NCBI GenBank assembly: GCA_047495785.1
Contig: JBLDXI010000003.1
Location: 3,658,001 to 3,722,000, forward strand
Length of the DNA stretch: 64,000 bases
Source of the DNA: Lepidodermella squamata
Taxonomy: Eukaryota; Animalia; Gastrotricha
Direction of reading: 5' to 3'
The notes under the pieces: generated by a model
Databases searched by the model: none
The model's input: the letters and a program-made list of their open reading frames with translations, nothing else
Told to the model about the DNA's origin: nothing
Shown: piece by piece, positions 35,195-46,540 of the stretch
Layout: every line of letters starts with the position of its first letter
How positions within the stretch are numbered: position 1 is the stretch's first letter
Made by a program: the position numbers and the translations under genes

Positions 35195-35305
35195 GCGTTT
35201 TTTTACCTCAAAAATAGCGCGATCGCAGCTATGAATGCCTTGGATCGGGATTATTAATGAAGCAACAATATTATTTCTGAAATTTTCGAAGTCTTCCGAC
35301 TGATA

Positions 35306-35675
35306 CAGGGTGTCCCAGAAGTTGCGCAACATTTTTTTAAATTTTTTCAGGAAATACAATTAATTTTTATCAAATTAAACCTATCGAGAGAATATTGCAT
35401 CGTTTATCCGCGATTTAACCGAAGAAATTAATAATTCGCCGGAGAAAGCCCGGAAAACCCCGATGGTATCTGGTTCGGTAATTTTCGTTATTTTACTCAG
35501 TTGGACCAATTTTCTCCGGACTTTTTAATCCCAATAACAACTGACATGCTTGAATGCTATTCTAGTGATTTATTGCATTTTTTCTTGGCATGAAATGTGA
35601 CTTCGTCTCTCATTTTAGAGTTTCCGAACCCTTTCCGGCTATTTTCTTTGTTTGCGCTACTTATGGGACACGCTG
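35306..35675. mobile_element. Tc1/mariner-type MITE (~370 bp); related copies ~47010-47373 and partial ~15180-15400
   Basis: 24-bp TIRs CAGGGTGTCCCAGAAGTTGCGCAA / CAGCGTGTCCCATAAGTAGCGCAA flanked by TA on both sides; internal GATGGTA(T/A)CTG(G/T)TTCGGTAATTTTCG shared with the other copies. Confidence 0.85.
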
Positions 35676-36269
35676 TAGCAGATCAAGTCGAAATCCTGAT
35701 TTGCATTCTCATTTCCGGCTCATTTGAAAATACATAAAGGAGTTTACAACAAACACCCGAAATTTAGGGTTTCAGCAGTAAATTTGAGGCTTTGGCCCCA
35801 TATATTTCCCGATTTGGGTTTCAAGTTTAAAGTCGTCCATCATATCTCAATCTTTTTATTGCCAAGCGTATTTCAGGCCTTATTTCAAGTTTTCCATTTT
35901 CAATTTTAACATTAAGAACAAAATGATCCAGAAAAATCAAGAAAAAACGTAGACATAAGAAAGAAGACAGGATACAGCAAAGATAAGTATGTAGCAATCA
36001 TCAGCTACCACGAGAAAATTTAAAATAGGATACATATCTAACAACAACTGATAAAACAGTCCACATTAATAATCAGCAATCAGCCGAACCAGTCAAGCCT
36101 TTCAATCGACACGCATGGCTGGCTTGACCTCGGCAATTTCTATTCAGAAAAAAACCGCGCATAACTCATAATTTCATGAACTACCCCGTTTTTATATCAC
36201 TCTTATTTAATTTAAAATTCTAATTTTTTACTGCGGTCTGTTTTGAGGTCCGAAAAATTCGTCATTTTG

Positions 36270-36700
36270 AACAGGCTTCGAGCGAGATAGAGACATAATC
36301 CCATTCGATGATGACATAGACCTGATGAATTTCTATAAATGCCGATGAGCACGCTATACACACGCGTGAAAGGCAACCGAACGGAGGAGAATCAGATCAA
36401 AGGTGTGAATGGCAAAATTAATCGCTTTATGACAGGACAGACATCTCTTATCAAATATTTCTTGCCTGAGTTTTTGGTTTGAATATTTTCTCGAAAACCT
36501 TGGCATCAATTGGCCAATAACGAAGTGAAAATGATGGACGGACACTAGCAGAAACAATAGAGAGCCGAAAAGGTGCCGTTTTCCAAAGAGACATCAACAA
36601 CGAAATATCTCATATTTCCATTCACGAATGGAAAACAAAATTATGCACTAGCAATATGAAGCAGTCAAGTCAATTCTCGCCACACTCTCCACTACTGCAA
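36270..36700 (+). pseudogene. Degenerate LicD-family fragment
   Basis: RDIIPFDDDIDL and ISHISIHEWKTK remnants interrupted by stops and frameshifts. Confidence 0.6.
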
Positions 36701-36737
36701 TTGCGATATGAATTTTTATATAGAAAATAGAAAGCCA

Positions 36738-36896
36738 CAAGGGTTTATCTAGCCGCATCCTTAACCATAACCCTTAAAACCCTTAAAATTGGCTACCACC
36801 CACCAAATATCAAGCTTTTTACGATTTTTGAGATGTCACCTTGAGCCCAAAAGAGCAGCTAAAAACCGAAATTTGGGGAAGCTAGATAAACCCTTG
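36738..36896. mobile_element. hAT-like MITE, 159 bp
   Basis: Perfect 16-bp TIR CAAGGGTTTATCTAGC; 8-bp flanks GAAAGCCA / CAAAGCCA (7/8 match). Confidence 0.7.
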
Positions 36897-37149
36897 CAAA
36901 GCCAAATCTAATGTTTAAGTTCTAAGTTCTAAAAGAGTTCCAGCGAGAGTTTTATGAAGACATTTTTGTACGACCTCTTTTCGGTCCAAAACTGAACATT
37001 TTTAACAGGCCTCAAGCAGTTAAAAATAACCTAACCCTTTTGAACCGGTATAGTGAAGATAAATTTCGCAAACGAAAAAACAAGAATATGCAACAAAAAC
37101 ATCGAAATCCAGTCGATTATTTAGGCTAAGATCAATTAAACCTCAAATA

Positions 37150-38018
37150 CTATTCACGGCGCAAAAATAATCCAGTTTCATAGCTATAGATATGGAGGCA
37201 ATTTTCTGACGAGCTAGCGCTGTGGCCTTGTTGGTGTCCGGCGGAAACCTTCACCTCAGTTCTCCAAGATTTGCCGAAATTCTCGACAAGGTATTCATTC
37301 CAAAATTCTGGCGAATAATAGTGGATAATAGCATTTGAGGCACCTTTCAACTTCACAGATTCCAACGTCAGCTTGGTATGATCCTGAAATAAGTATATTA
37401 TAAAGCAATTCGAATATGAAAAATTCAAGTAAAATTACGTCAAATCGGTCATCTACCCAGAACCTCGCGAAGGGCCACTGTAGAAATCTGGTCTTCCATT
37501 CGTGAATTCTTATGGAAACGATTTTTTTGCGGCGGTCTCTGGTGACTGTCATGGCCCAAGTTTTCAGTCTGCCCATCCAGTCTACGATTTTGACCCTCCT
37601 TTGATCGTCATAATTTCGATTTACTGCGCCTTTCTCAAAAGTCTCAGTCAGTTGTTTAAATTTCGATGCGGTGACCAACAAGTCGATTTCGTGGTCAAAG
37701 GCAATCAAATCCTTCTCCCGCTTGAATCCTGTGCAAAATTTTCGAATTAGTGAAACTCAGTTTTTCGAAAAGTTCAATCTTACCCAATAGAGTTCCGTAT
37801 GCGGGCACGAGTTTAATATCGAAATATTTCAAAACGTTGCGTTGAAGACGACGGAGAAAATGGCCTTGCTTCGTTCGCTTCAGGCGAGGCAAATATAGGC
37901 AGGCCAGATGTGGCGCAGGATTGTCAAGGCCTTGCTTCTTCCACTCTTTATCGTATTTCTTCCGTTTGCTACTAACATTTCCAGAATGGTAACTATCCGA
38001 GTTGTTCGCGTTGGCCAT
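37150..38018 (-). CDS. LicD/fukutin-family nucleotidyltransferase-like protein, copy 1, 3 exons
   Basis: Spliced AYGTLLG|FKREKDLIAFDHEIDL (LicD GTLLG..R....I..D.D.D motif); C-terminal EYLVENFGKSWR. Confidence 0.8.
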
Positions 38019-39087
38019 CACGAAAATATGATCGATTTTAAGGACTGAACAACCTATCATGAAAAAAGCATACACGAATAATTGAATATTTCTGTATATA
38101 TGTAAAATGTAACCGGCCTATTTTAAAATGCAATTCAAAGTCTATCTATCGGATAGGTTCAGCTCGTGCTAAAAGAAGTTAAATTGAACAATCCTACGCG
38201 AGTAAAATTGTTGTCTCGCCTCCATTTTGCCCGCGCAGGCGGTGGTGACAGAATTTAATAAACAGAATTTAAATTATAAACAAATATCGAATAGCAATAA
38301 CTGCGGAAGTTGTATCGAATTTCTTGAATTTTATGTTGTTGGTAAAATCTGACCGTCGGCCACTAATAGGGCACAAGCTGGATACAATAGAATTTGATAC
38401 TAAGCTGGTTTTTCATAATTTTCTTGGAGCGTTTTGGCTATAAGGCGCCGCCTTTTGGCAACAGCTTGACTCCGTCTGGTGGATAAGAAATCGTATATCG
38501 CGCGGTGCCAAAGCTGCCACTTTACTGATTGTAACCTGAGAATTTGAGTTGTTAAAATCGCGATCATGGATAACTTCGAGTTCTCAAGTTACACGCCGTG
38601 CTGTCATTCAAAGTTGATGCAAATTAGAATAACGCACTCGACATTTTGTGCCAACTTCCCTAGGTCTATACTAACGACCAGATTAATTTGAAAACTGAAT
38701 TATATTATATATAAAATTCATAAAAAACCAAAGTAATTTCCGCTGAAAAAATCAAGGAAAAAATGGCTGAATAGTTCAAGCACGCCAAGCATGGAAAAAT
38801 ACCTGCGTGATTTCAGATTAGCCTTGGCATCATAAATTATTTTGATGAATGCTGTTTTGGAGTTGAAACAAGAGGACCTTTAGTGAAATGACTTCAAGCG
38901 GCAATGTCAAAGAATTTCATTTTCAGAGCTTTCAATTTTCAAGTATACTAAAAAGGCGCCAGTTCTCAGCTCAAAATTAAAAAAAAAATTAATTCAAGAG
39001 GCCTCAGATGAAATTGTGCCTTCTATTTTCGATCGCCTTGCCACGGCGGTTTGAGTCTTTAGTCTTCCATCATATCTCAATTTTTTG

Positions 39088-39775
39088 CACTATTCCGGCC
39101 CGCTCGTGTTCCCCCGCGCGCGCGCTCCTATTGGTTGGCGCGTTTTACGCTTGAATTTATTACGCAAGATATAATGGCGCGCAGCAAAATCTCAATGTAC
39201 AAGTCCGAAATTCAGAATAACAGGGCACTATAAGTGTTGATATGCGTGGAATAAAAAGGCGAAATTTTCGTTTTTCGCTTTTTCTCAAGTAGAATCAGAA
39301 ATTGAAAAGAATTTTCCCAGATTTCAGCATGACGCCCCGCGGCTATTTTTGGCCGCAATGTCTTGTAGTTTAATTTTTCATAAAAAAGCGTGTTCTTCGG
39401 AAAAAATCAATCGCATTTTTTATTTTAAATCAATATTTTATTATTGATTTTTATTTTAAATGCTTACAGCCGGTATTTTTTGATACGAACTGAAAAGTTG
39501 GAGAGTCATCAAATAAGGGCGTGTGGGCCGCCAAGATGCAGTCAAGTTATTGTCGATTATAAACAATACAGCCCGATGTTCAAGCATTGCATTTTTCTTG
39601 TTGTTTGAAAAGCATGCAGCATGCAACTTGCTCGAGTTATAAGTTATAGAACGGGCGCGCTCAAGGTGCGATCAAGTGCGCGAGCGGGTGAGGCTATAAT
39701 TAACTAGAATTGTTGCGCAAAGAGCCACAACCAATAGGAGGGCGCCGAGGAATCACCGGCGGACCGGAAAATGTG
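39088..39775. mobile_element. Degenerate TIR element inserted between LicD copies
   Basis: Imperfect ~45-bp inverted ends (CAC..TTCCGG...CTCCTATTGGTTG) flanked by duplicated TCAATTTT; the paralogous site near 35835-35860 lacks the insert. Confidence 0.5.
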
Positions 39776-40125
39776 TCAATTTTGTTATTGTCATGCCTGA
39801 TCACGTACGCCTATTCTACGCCATGAGCGGTTAGTTGCGAACTAAAAATCAGCTTTGTAGAGCCGTTATCGATTCCGATTATCGATTTTACAAATCAGTT
39901 TCGTGATTGAAAATATTTCACATACCACAATGCTGATGGTACTAGGTCGCTGAAATAATCAAATTTAATTTCGCCGATATCAAAACCGTTTATGAGCAAA
40001 ATCAATGCGAAAATGCCGAGCATTTCAAGTTCTTCATTTTTATTTTTCAGCAGTAAACGGTATTTAGTTACCGGGCGGACATCAACCTGGATAGGAAACT
40101 ACATTTCAATTGCAATCGCGTAATA

Positions 40126-41003
40126 CTATTCACGGCGCAAAAATAATCCGGTTTTATAGCTATAAACATAGAGGCAATTTTCCGAAGAGCTAACGCTGTG
40201 ATCTTGCGAAAACCCGGCCGTAACCTTCACCTCGGTTCTCCAAGAATTGCCGAAATTCTCGACAAGGTACTCGTTCCAAAAGCCTGGCGAATAATAGATA
40301 AGCATCCGATTTGAGTCACTTTTAAGATGGACGGATTCCATCGTCAGCTTAGTATGATCCTAAAACACCATTTTATAACGCAAATCGAATATAAAAAGTC
40401 AAGTAAAATTACGTCAAATCGCTCGTCTACCCAGAACCTTGCGAATGGCCATTGCAAAATTCCGGTTTCCCATTCGCGTATTGTTATGGAAGCAATTTTG
40501 TTGCTGCCGTCCCTCGTGACTGTCATGACCCAAGTTCTCCGTTTCCCCTTCGAATCTTTGAGTTTGACCCTCCGCTGGTTGTCAAAATTTCGTATTTTTT
40601 CGCCTTTCTCAAAATTCTCTGCCATTTTTCTAAATTTTGATGCGGTGACCAACAGGTCGATATCGTGGTCAAAGGCAATTAAATCCTTCTCCCGCTTGAA
40701 TCCTGTAAAAAAAATTAGAATTAGAATTAGTGATTCAATTCCTCGAACATTTTCGGCAGTGTTACCCAATAGAGTTCCGTATGCTGGCACAAGTTTAATA
40801 TCGAAATATTCCAAAAAATCGCGCTGCAAGCGAAGAAGAAACTGGGCTTGCTTCCTTCGCTTCTCATAAGGTAAATATATGCAGGACAGATGTGGTGCGG
40901 GACTATTGCTCAGGCCTTGTTTCTCCCACCCACTACCATAGCTCCTCTTTTGGAAACTAATGTTTCCGGAATGGTAATTATCCGAATTATCCGCGTTGGC
41001 CAT
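40126..41003 (-). CDS. LicD-family protein, copy 2, 3 exons
   Basis: AYGTLLG|FKREKDLIAFDHDIDL, EYLVENFGNSWR; same introns as copies 1 and 3. Confidence 0.8.
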
Positions 41004-42339
41004 TGCGTCGCATTTCAACAACTTAACAACCTAGCATATTAGGAAAATTATTCGTGATTGTAGTTATTTCAAATTAAACCAGCCTATAACCGGCCTTCTA
41101 CTTGTCTTTGGGATAAGTCACCGTGTTGTGCCCTAAAGAATAGTAGTAGATAGTGTGTGCGCGCAAGGTCAAACTTATTATTACCTCCAATCGGTCGAAA
41201 TTACAGCCGCGCGCCCTAAATAAAATTCAGGAAATTGTCTTTTCGAAAAGAACAGCCCTAAATAAACCCAGCTCTACAGTAATTGCCTAAATATAGCAAC
41301 AATTGTAACAATAGGTAGGGAAAAACCTGTGTGATTTCCGTTTTATTTTTGCACATCAGTTGAAAATTAAAATCTACCGTTTCATTGAGCCCGAAATGAG
41401 CAGCCAACAAATTTAATGAGAATTTTAATTGATGAATGATGTTTTGGACTTGAAACAAGACGGCCTATTGAAACGACTTTCTTGTGAATTGAAACGAGAA
41501 TGTTATTCAGCGCTTTTAGGTTTAGTAAAAGGGCACTAGTTAAATGAATTCCTTGGTCCCGATACCACCAGTACCGATCAAAATATTAAAAAGCCATAAG
41601 CCGAAATTGCGAGTAATCTGAAATACATTTTAGCGCCGGGACACTCAAATATAAAGCTGCGGATTCAAGTTTAGCGAGATTTAGAGCCAACTTCAAATGG
41701 CCAATTTTTTCAGCTTGGCTATTGGCTCCGTCGACCGCAGAACAGGCAAATTATTGCAGGTAAAAATTATGTCATCATGTCGAGGTTTTTCCGCCGATAT
41801 CATAGCCGATTATGAGCAATTTAACGCGAAATAAGCCGAGTATTTCACGTTCTCAATGTTTATTTTCAACAGTAAGCCGTGTTTCGATGACATTTCTTAT
41901 TCCTTCCATTGAATAGGAATAAATGATCCAGAAATATCATGTTCGCACTTGAACGAAATACAAGACAGTTAGAACGAAATACAAGAACGAAAGGATATAA
42001 CAATCAGATATCATGAGAAAATGTAAAATAGTCAGTCGACATTAATAACCAGCCGAATCAACCAAGCGTGAAGCGCCTTTCATTCGACGCGCGTGGCTGG
42101 CTTGAAAGCGGCTTATAACCTCGGCAATGTCTTCAGAGATACTGCGCATATTTCAAAAATTACCGTTCTCTTATCATTAATACTCATTATAATTTATATA
42201 AATCTGTGAGACTGCGCCGAGAGCGCCTCTGTTTCTGGCAACCAAAAATGCCAAGCTATAAGAAATGAAAACAGCAGTTTCTCAGTCGACTGCAGCGAGA
42301 ATTATCGGACATTTTGATGTCAAACTGGGACCATCACGC

Positions 42340-43400
42340 TCGGGGCCAAAATACTCGACATCTCGAACAGACGAGACAGAGATATCATTCCGTTCGATGA
42401 CGATATCATTTTTCATATCATTTACCTGAATTTTGGAATGAATACAAGATTCTAGAAAGTCGAAATCAAAGGCACCGTCTGAAAAACGAAGACGGGGCTT
42501 ATAGAAAGGATGTGGTATTAAGGACTCATGCAAAATAATTAATAACCACCTGTATACAACAAAAATTGTTAAATGTAAATACCCGTGTCTTTAGGCAATC
42601 TGATACTTAGTATTGGACGGAACATTGATTTTTCAATAAACTACTACCACATCGAAATTTCTCATACATCTATGCACGAATGGGAGACGAAATGCGAGAG
42701 AGATATAATTCCTTTCGACGACGATATGTCACATATCATCTACCCGAATTCTGGAAGGAGTACATGTGTCAAGAAAGTCGAAGTGAAAGGAGCCGTCCGA
42801 AAACAGAAGACGCGGGCGGTGACAGAAACAACACGCGGTACCGCTATCACAACAAAATTTCTCACATTTCCATTCACGAATGGGAAACAAAATCTCACCT
42901 GAATTTTGGAATGAATACAAGAGACAAGAGAGTCAAAACCAAAGGTACTGTCCGAAAAGAGAAGACGCGGCTTATAGAAAGGACGTGGTATACTTCTATC
43001 ACATCGAAATTTCTCATATATTTGTTCACGAATGGGAGACGAAATTTTGCAATAGCAATGTGAAGCAGTCTAGTCGATTCCCGCCATACTTTTCTGTACT
43101 CAATCATTATCCTGCCATCCCCAACCAACCCTCTGCCCATCAATAACATGTGGATACCGTAAGCCATATTTCGAGATTTTAGGCTCATTATTTTGAGATT
43201 ATTATAGCCACATCCAATTTTCTAAGTTCTAAGGTCTAAAAGTAAGAGTTCTTGCCACAATTTCAAGAACATTCTGACACCAAATTAGAGTCACCGCGTG
43301 GAACCCTGGGACGTGGGTCCAAGACATGCCATTCTTCACTGGATTTAGGCGGGAGAAAGACATCATTCCGTTTGACAAAGAATCAGAGTTCGGAATAAGT
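42340..43400 (+). pseudogene. Rearranged, internally triplicated LicD-family pseudogene fragments, inverted relative to the intact copies
   Basis: Repeated RDIIPFDDD, LPEFW(N/K)EY and ISHIS(I/M)HEWETK blocks, plus FTGFRREKDIIPFD at ~43330; the frames are broken. Confidence 0.65.
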
Positions 43401-43489
43401 ATCTTGACGATGAGTTTCGCAAAAATTAAAATTGGCGAAATGAACTTCACAATGCATGTCACGAATTTAGGCTCAATAACATCCACATA

Positions 43490-44356
43490 CTATTCACGGC
43501 GCAAAAATAATCCAGTTTCATAGCTATAGATATGGAGGCAATTTTCTGACGAGCTGGCGCTGTGGCCTTGCTGGTGTCCGGCGGAAACCTTCACCTCAGT
43601 TCTCCAAGATTTGCCGAAATTCTCGACAAGGTACTCATTCCAAAATTCAGGCGAATAATAGATGAGATATCGATTGAATTCAACTTTAAGCTTCACGGCT
43701 TCCTTCGTCAGCTTGGTATGATCCTATGAAGAAACATTTTATAACGAAATCCGAATATAAAAATTAAAGTAAAATTACGTCAAATCGATCATCCAACCAG
43801 AACCTTGCGAATGGCCAGTGCAGAAATCTGGTTTCCCATTCGCGAATTGTTATGGAAGCAATTTTTTTGCGGCGGTCTCTTGTGATTGTCATGACCCAAG
43901 TTTTCAGTTTACCGTTCCGGTCTTTGATTTTGATCCTCCTCTGATCGTCACGTTTTTGATTTACCACGCCTTGCTCAAAAGCCTCTGTCAGTTTTTCAAA
44001 TTTCGATGGCGTGACAAACAAGTCAATATCGTGGTCAAAGGCAATTAAATCCATCTCCCGCTTGAATCCTGCACAAAAATGTCGAGTCAGTAACTGAAGT
44101 TTTCGAATAGTTCAGCCTTACCCAAAAGAGTTCCGTATGCTGGCACAAGTTTAATATCGAAATAGCCCAAAAAATCGCGCTGCAAACGGAGTAGAAACTG
44201 GACTTGCTGCCTTCGCTTCCGGTGAGGCAAATATAGGCAGGACAGATGTGGAGCAGGTTTGTCCAGGCCTTGCTTCTTCCACTCTTTATCATAGTGGATC
44301 CTTTTGACACCTGTGTTTCCAGAATGGTAATTATCCGAGTTGTCTGCGTAAGCCAT
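43490..44356 (-). CDS. LicD-family protein, copy 3, 3 exons
   Basis: AYGTLLG|FKREMDLIAFDHDIDL, EYLVENFGKSWR; 3' end nearly identical to copy 1. Confidence 0.8.
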
Positions 44357-45132
44357 CTCGATGTTGTGTAATTGATATCATAAAAATGTAAAACACTGAA
44401 CTACCTAGCATGCGAACAATAATCGTGAGTATGATTGAATAAATATTTTGGGATGTGTAGGTACAATTGAACAGGCTTACAATCGTTCACTTCGCGCAAT
44501 AATTTGAGTTAAATCAGCAGAATTTTGCGTGCGAGCTGGGTCAAGCTTCAATCGGTCGAAATTATATAGCCGCGCGCGCTAAGGTCAAATGGGTACTATC
44601 TAATAATGTGCCGTTTTCCCCGCCAATAAATCAAAATTCAGAAAATTCTCAACCGAATAGTAATAGCTCTTCGCCGTTCTCATAAGTCTCTACCAAAATC
44701 CATGGTGTTTTGGATAATAGTTGAAAATTAAAATTTGTAAATATATTTCATTAATGTGTAGCCCGAAATGCGCCGCGTTGGCATCAGCGATTTTATTGAT
44801 GAATGCTGTTTTAGAGTTATGAAATAAGACGGCCTATTGAAATGAATCCAAGCGATGACGAACAAGCGTTCCATTCAGAGCTTTCAAGTTTATCAACAGG
44901 GTGCTCGTTTCAAGTTATCAAATACATGATGAATGAGTTAACGAAGCCAAGCCATAGTTAAATGAATATACGATATTGCCCCGGCTTAGTTATATTAAGG
45001 TGGATTCAATGACTTCCATGAAAACTGCATCAATGATGAACGAATGGAAGGGTGCATTCGAGTCATCCATTGTTGTGATGGTATAAATTACGCCTTTCAC
45101 CCCTGCGGGTTTAGGGTTTAAGTCAACGAATA

Positions 45133-45645
45133 CCCATCTCACGGCCGCGCTGAAAGCTTATTTTGGGGCCTGTCAGCCATTGTTGGCGCGACATTCACTT
45201 TCAAAATGACCCATAACATCGCCTTTCATTCGCTTATTGCCTTGCCACGGGGAAAAATGGAACAAGAAAATTGGGCACGGCGCTAAAACAGCAACAGCGC
45301 AGAATAGCAAAAGCGAAAAGCGATAAAACAGCGAAATTTTCTGTTTGCGACACAACAGCAAAAACACAATGGATCGTTATGTATAGTAATTTTCGCTTTT
45401 TGTGGCGAAATAAAAATCGCTGTTTTGTTGCGTTTGCTGTTTTGAGTATTTGCTGTTATGGCGGTCTGCCCTGATTGATTGATCAGTAAATGAGCCTTGC
45501 TATCAACACCTTGAAATCTCTACCATGACCAGACATCAAAAACTACAATTTCCTAAGAGAAGGATGAAAAATTTGTTAATTTGACGACGCTGTGGTTTTT
45601 GCGATGTCTGAATTTCGATTTCGGCCTTGAGCGGCCGTGAAAGGG
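45133..45645. mobile_element. Possible piggyBac-like MITE containing a nested ~200-bp palindromic MITE (~45273-45471)
   Basis: Right end GCGGCCGTGAAAGGG|TTAA is an inverted match to left CCCATCTCACGGCCGC; internal GGGCA..AACAGCAA / TTGCTGTT..TGCCC inverted pair. The left TSD is not TTAA. Confidence 0.4.
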
Positions 45646-46540
45646 TTAAATGCTAATACAGCTTGATTTCTCGAATTAAAATTAGGAATAATTATTTTCC
45701 GTTCGAAGCAAGAATCGACGAGCGAAATTGAGAAATATTTTCGGATGAACACGCTAAAAAAATAAATGTTTATTACACGCTGAGATTCCTGAACAATTTA
45801 ATTAGGCGTCAAACCTCAAATTTTGGCTTCTCACATTTTTCCAGATGTTTTCTCGATGCTAACAGCTTCATTCGAAAATCGTTTGCGGCGTTTTACTGGA
45901 TCTATCATTGGTAGCAACCGCAGACAACTCGTTTCCTCTTGGAATCGCTCATTTTATATAAAAAATCAAACTCGTCATTTTTTAGGTGTTTTCCTTCTGA
46001 TTTATTATTTCAACAAATTTTTCGTCAAAATGGCGTATAATAATCGTAACAATAATAATAATAGACTTCTTCTGAAAAATCTGACAAAGCTCGGAGAGGT
46101 TACCAAAAAAAACATCATCATTTTTTCTCATCTGCAAATAACCGCAAAAAATGTTAGTAGCAATAATTCCAAGCTCTCATCTATTCAATCAATCAATCAA
46201 TCAATCGGCAGGTGTGCGGTTAGCAATACATTATTATAAAGGGAGGATTCTTCGAAAAAAAAACAAGGCTCCTTTTTCGATCAAACAAACCAAATTTCGC
46301 ATGCAGAGCTCCGTCGAAATAAAAGAGATAACGCACTCTTCACCAAAAGCAGCATGCTGCCAGAAAGTACTCTAGTAATTTTTGGTAAATCGAATACTAC
46401 CGCGCGGGTAAATCTTTTTCTATAGATATTTTCGTTCCACTTCAAAAGCAAAAAATCTGGCCGTAATAGTAACGAATTTATAAACACCGCGAGCTCTGAG
46501 ATTGAGCAATTATATCATGCACGCGATCGAATCTGATGCT

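Noticed and set aside
40327-40869. 180-aa plus-strand ORF (and similar antisense ORFs at 17848-18357, 47866-48429, 16673-17200)
   Set aside because: These are antisense shadows of well-supported genes on the opposite strand.
45105-45122. GGGTTTAGGGTTTAAG telomere-like motif
   Set aside because: Only about two units; not distinguishable from chance.
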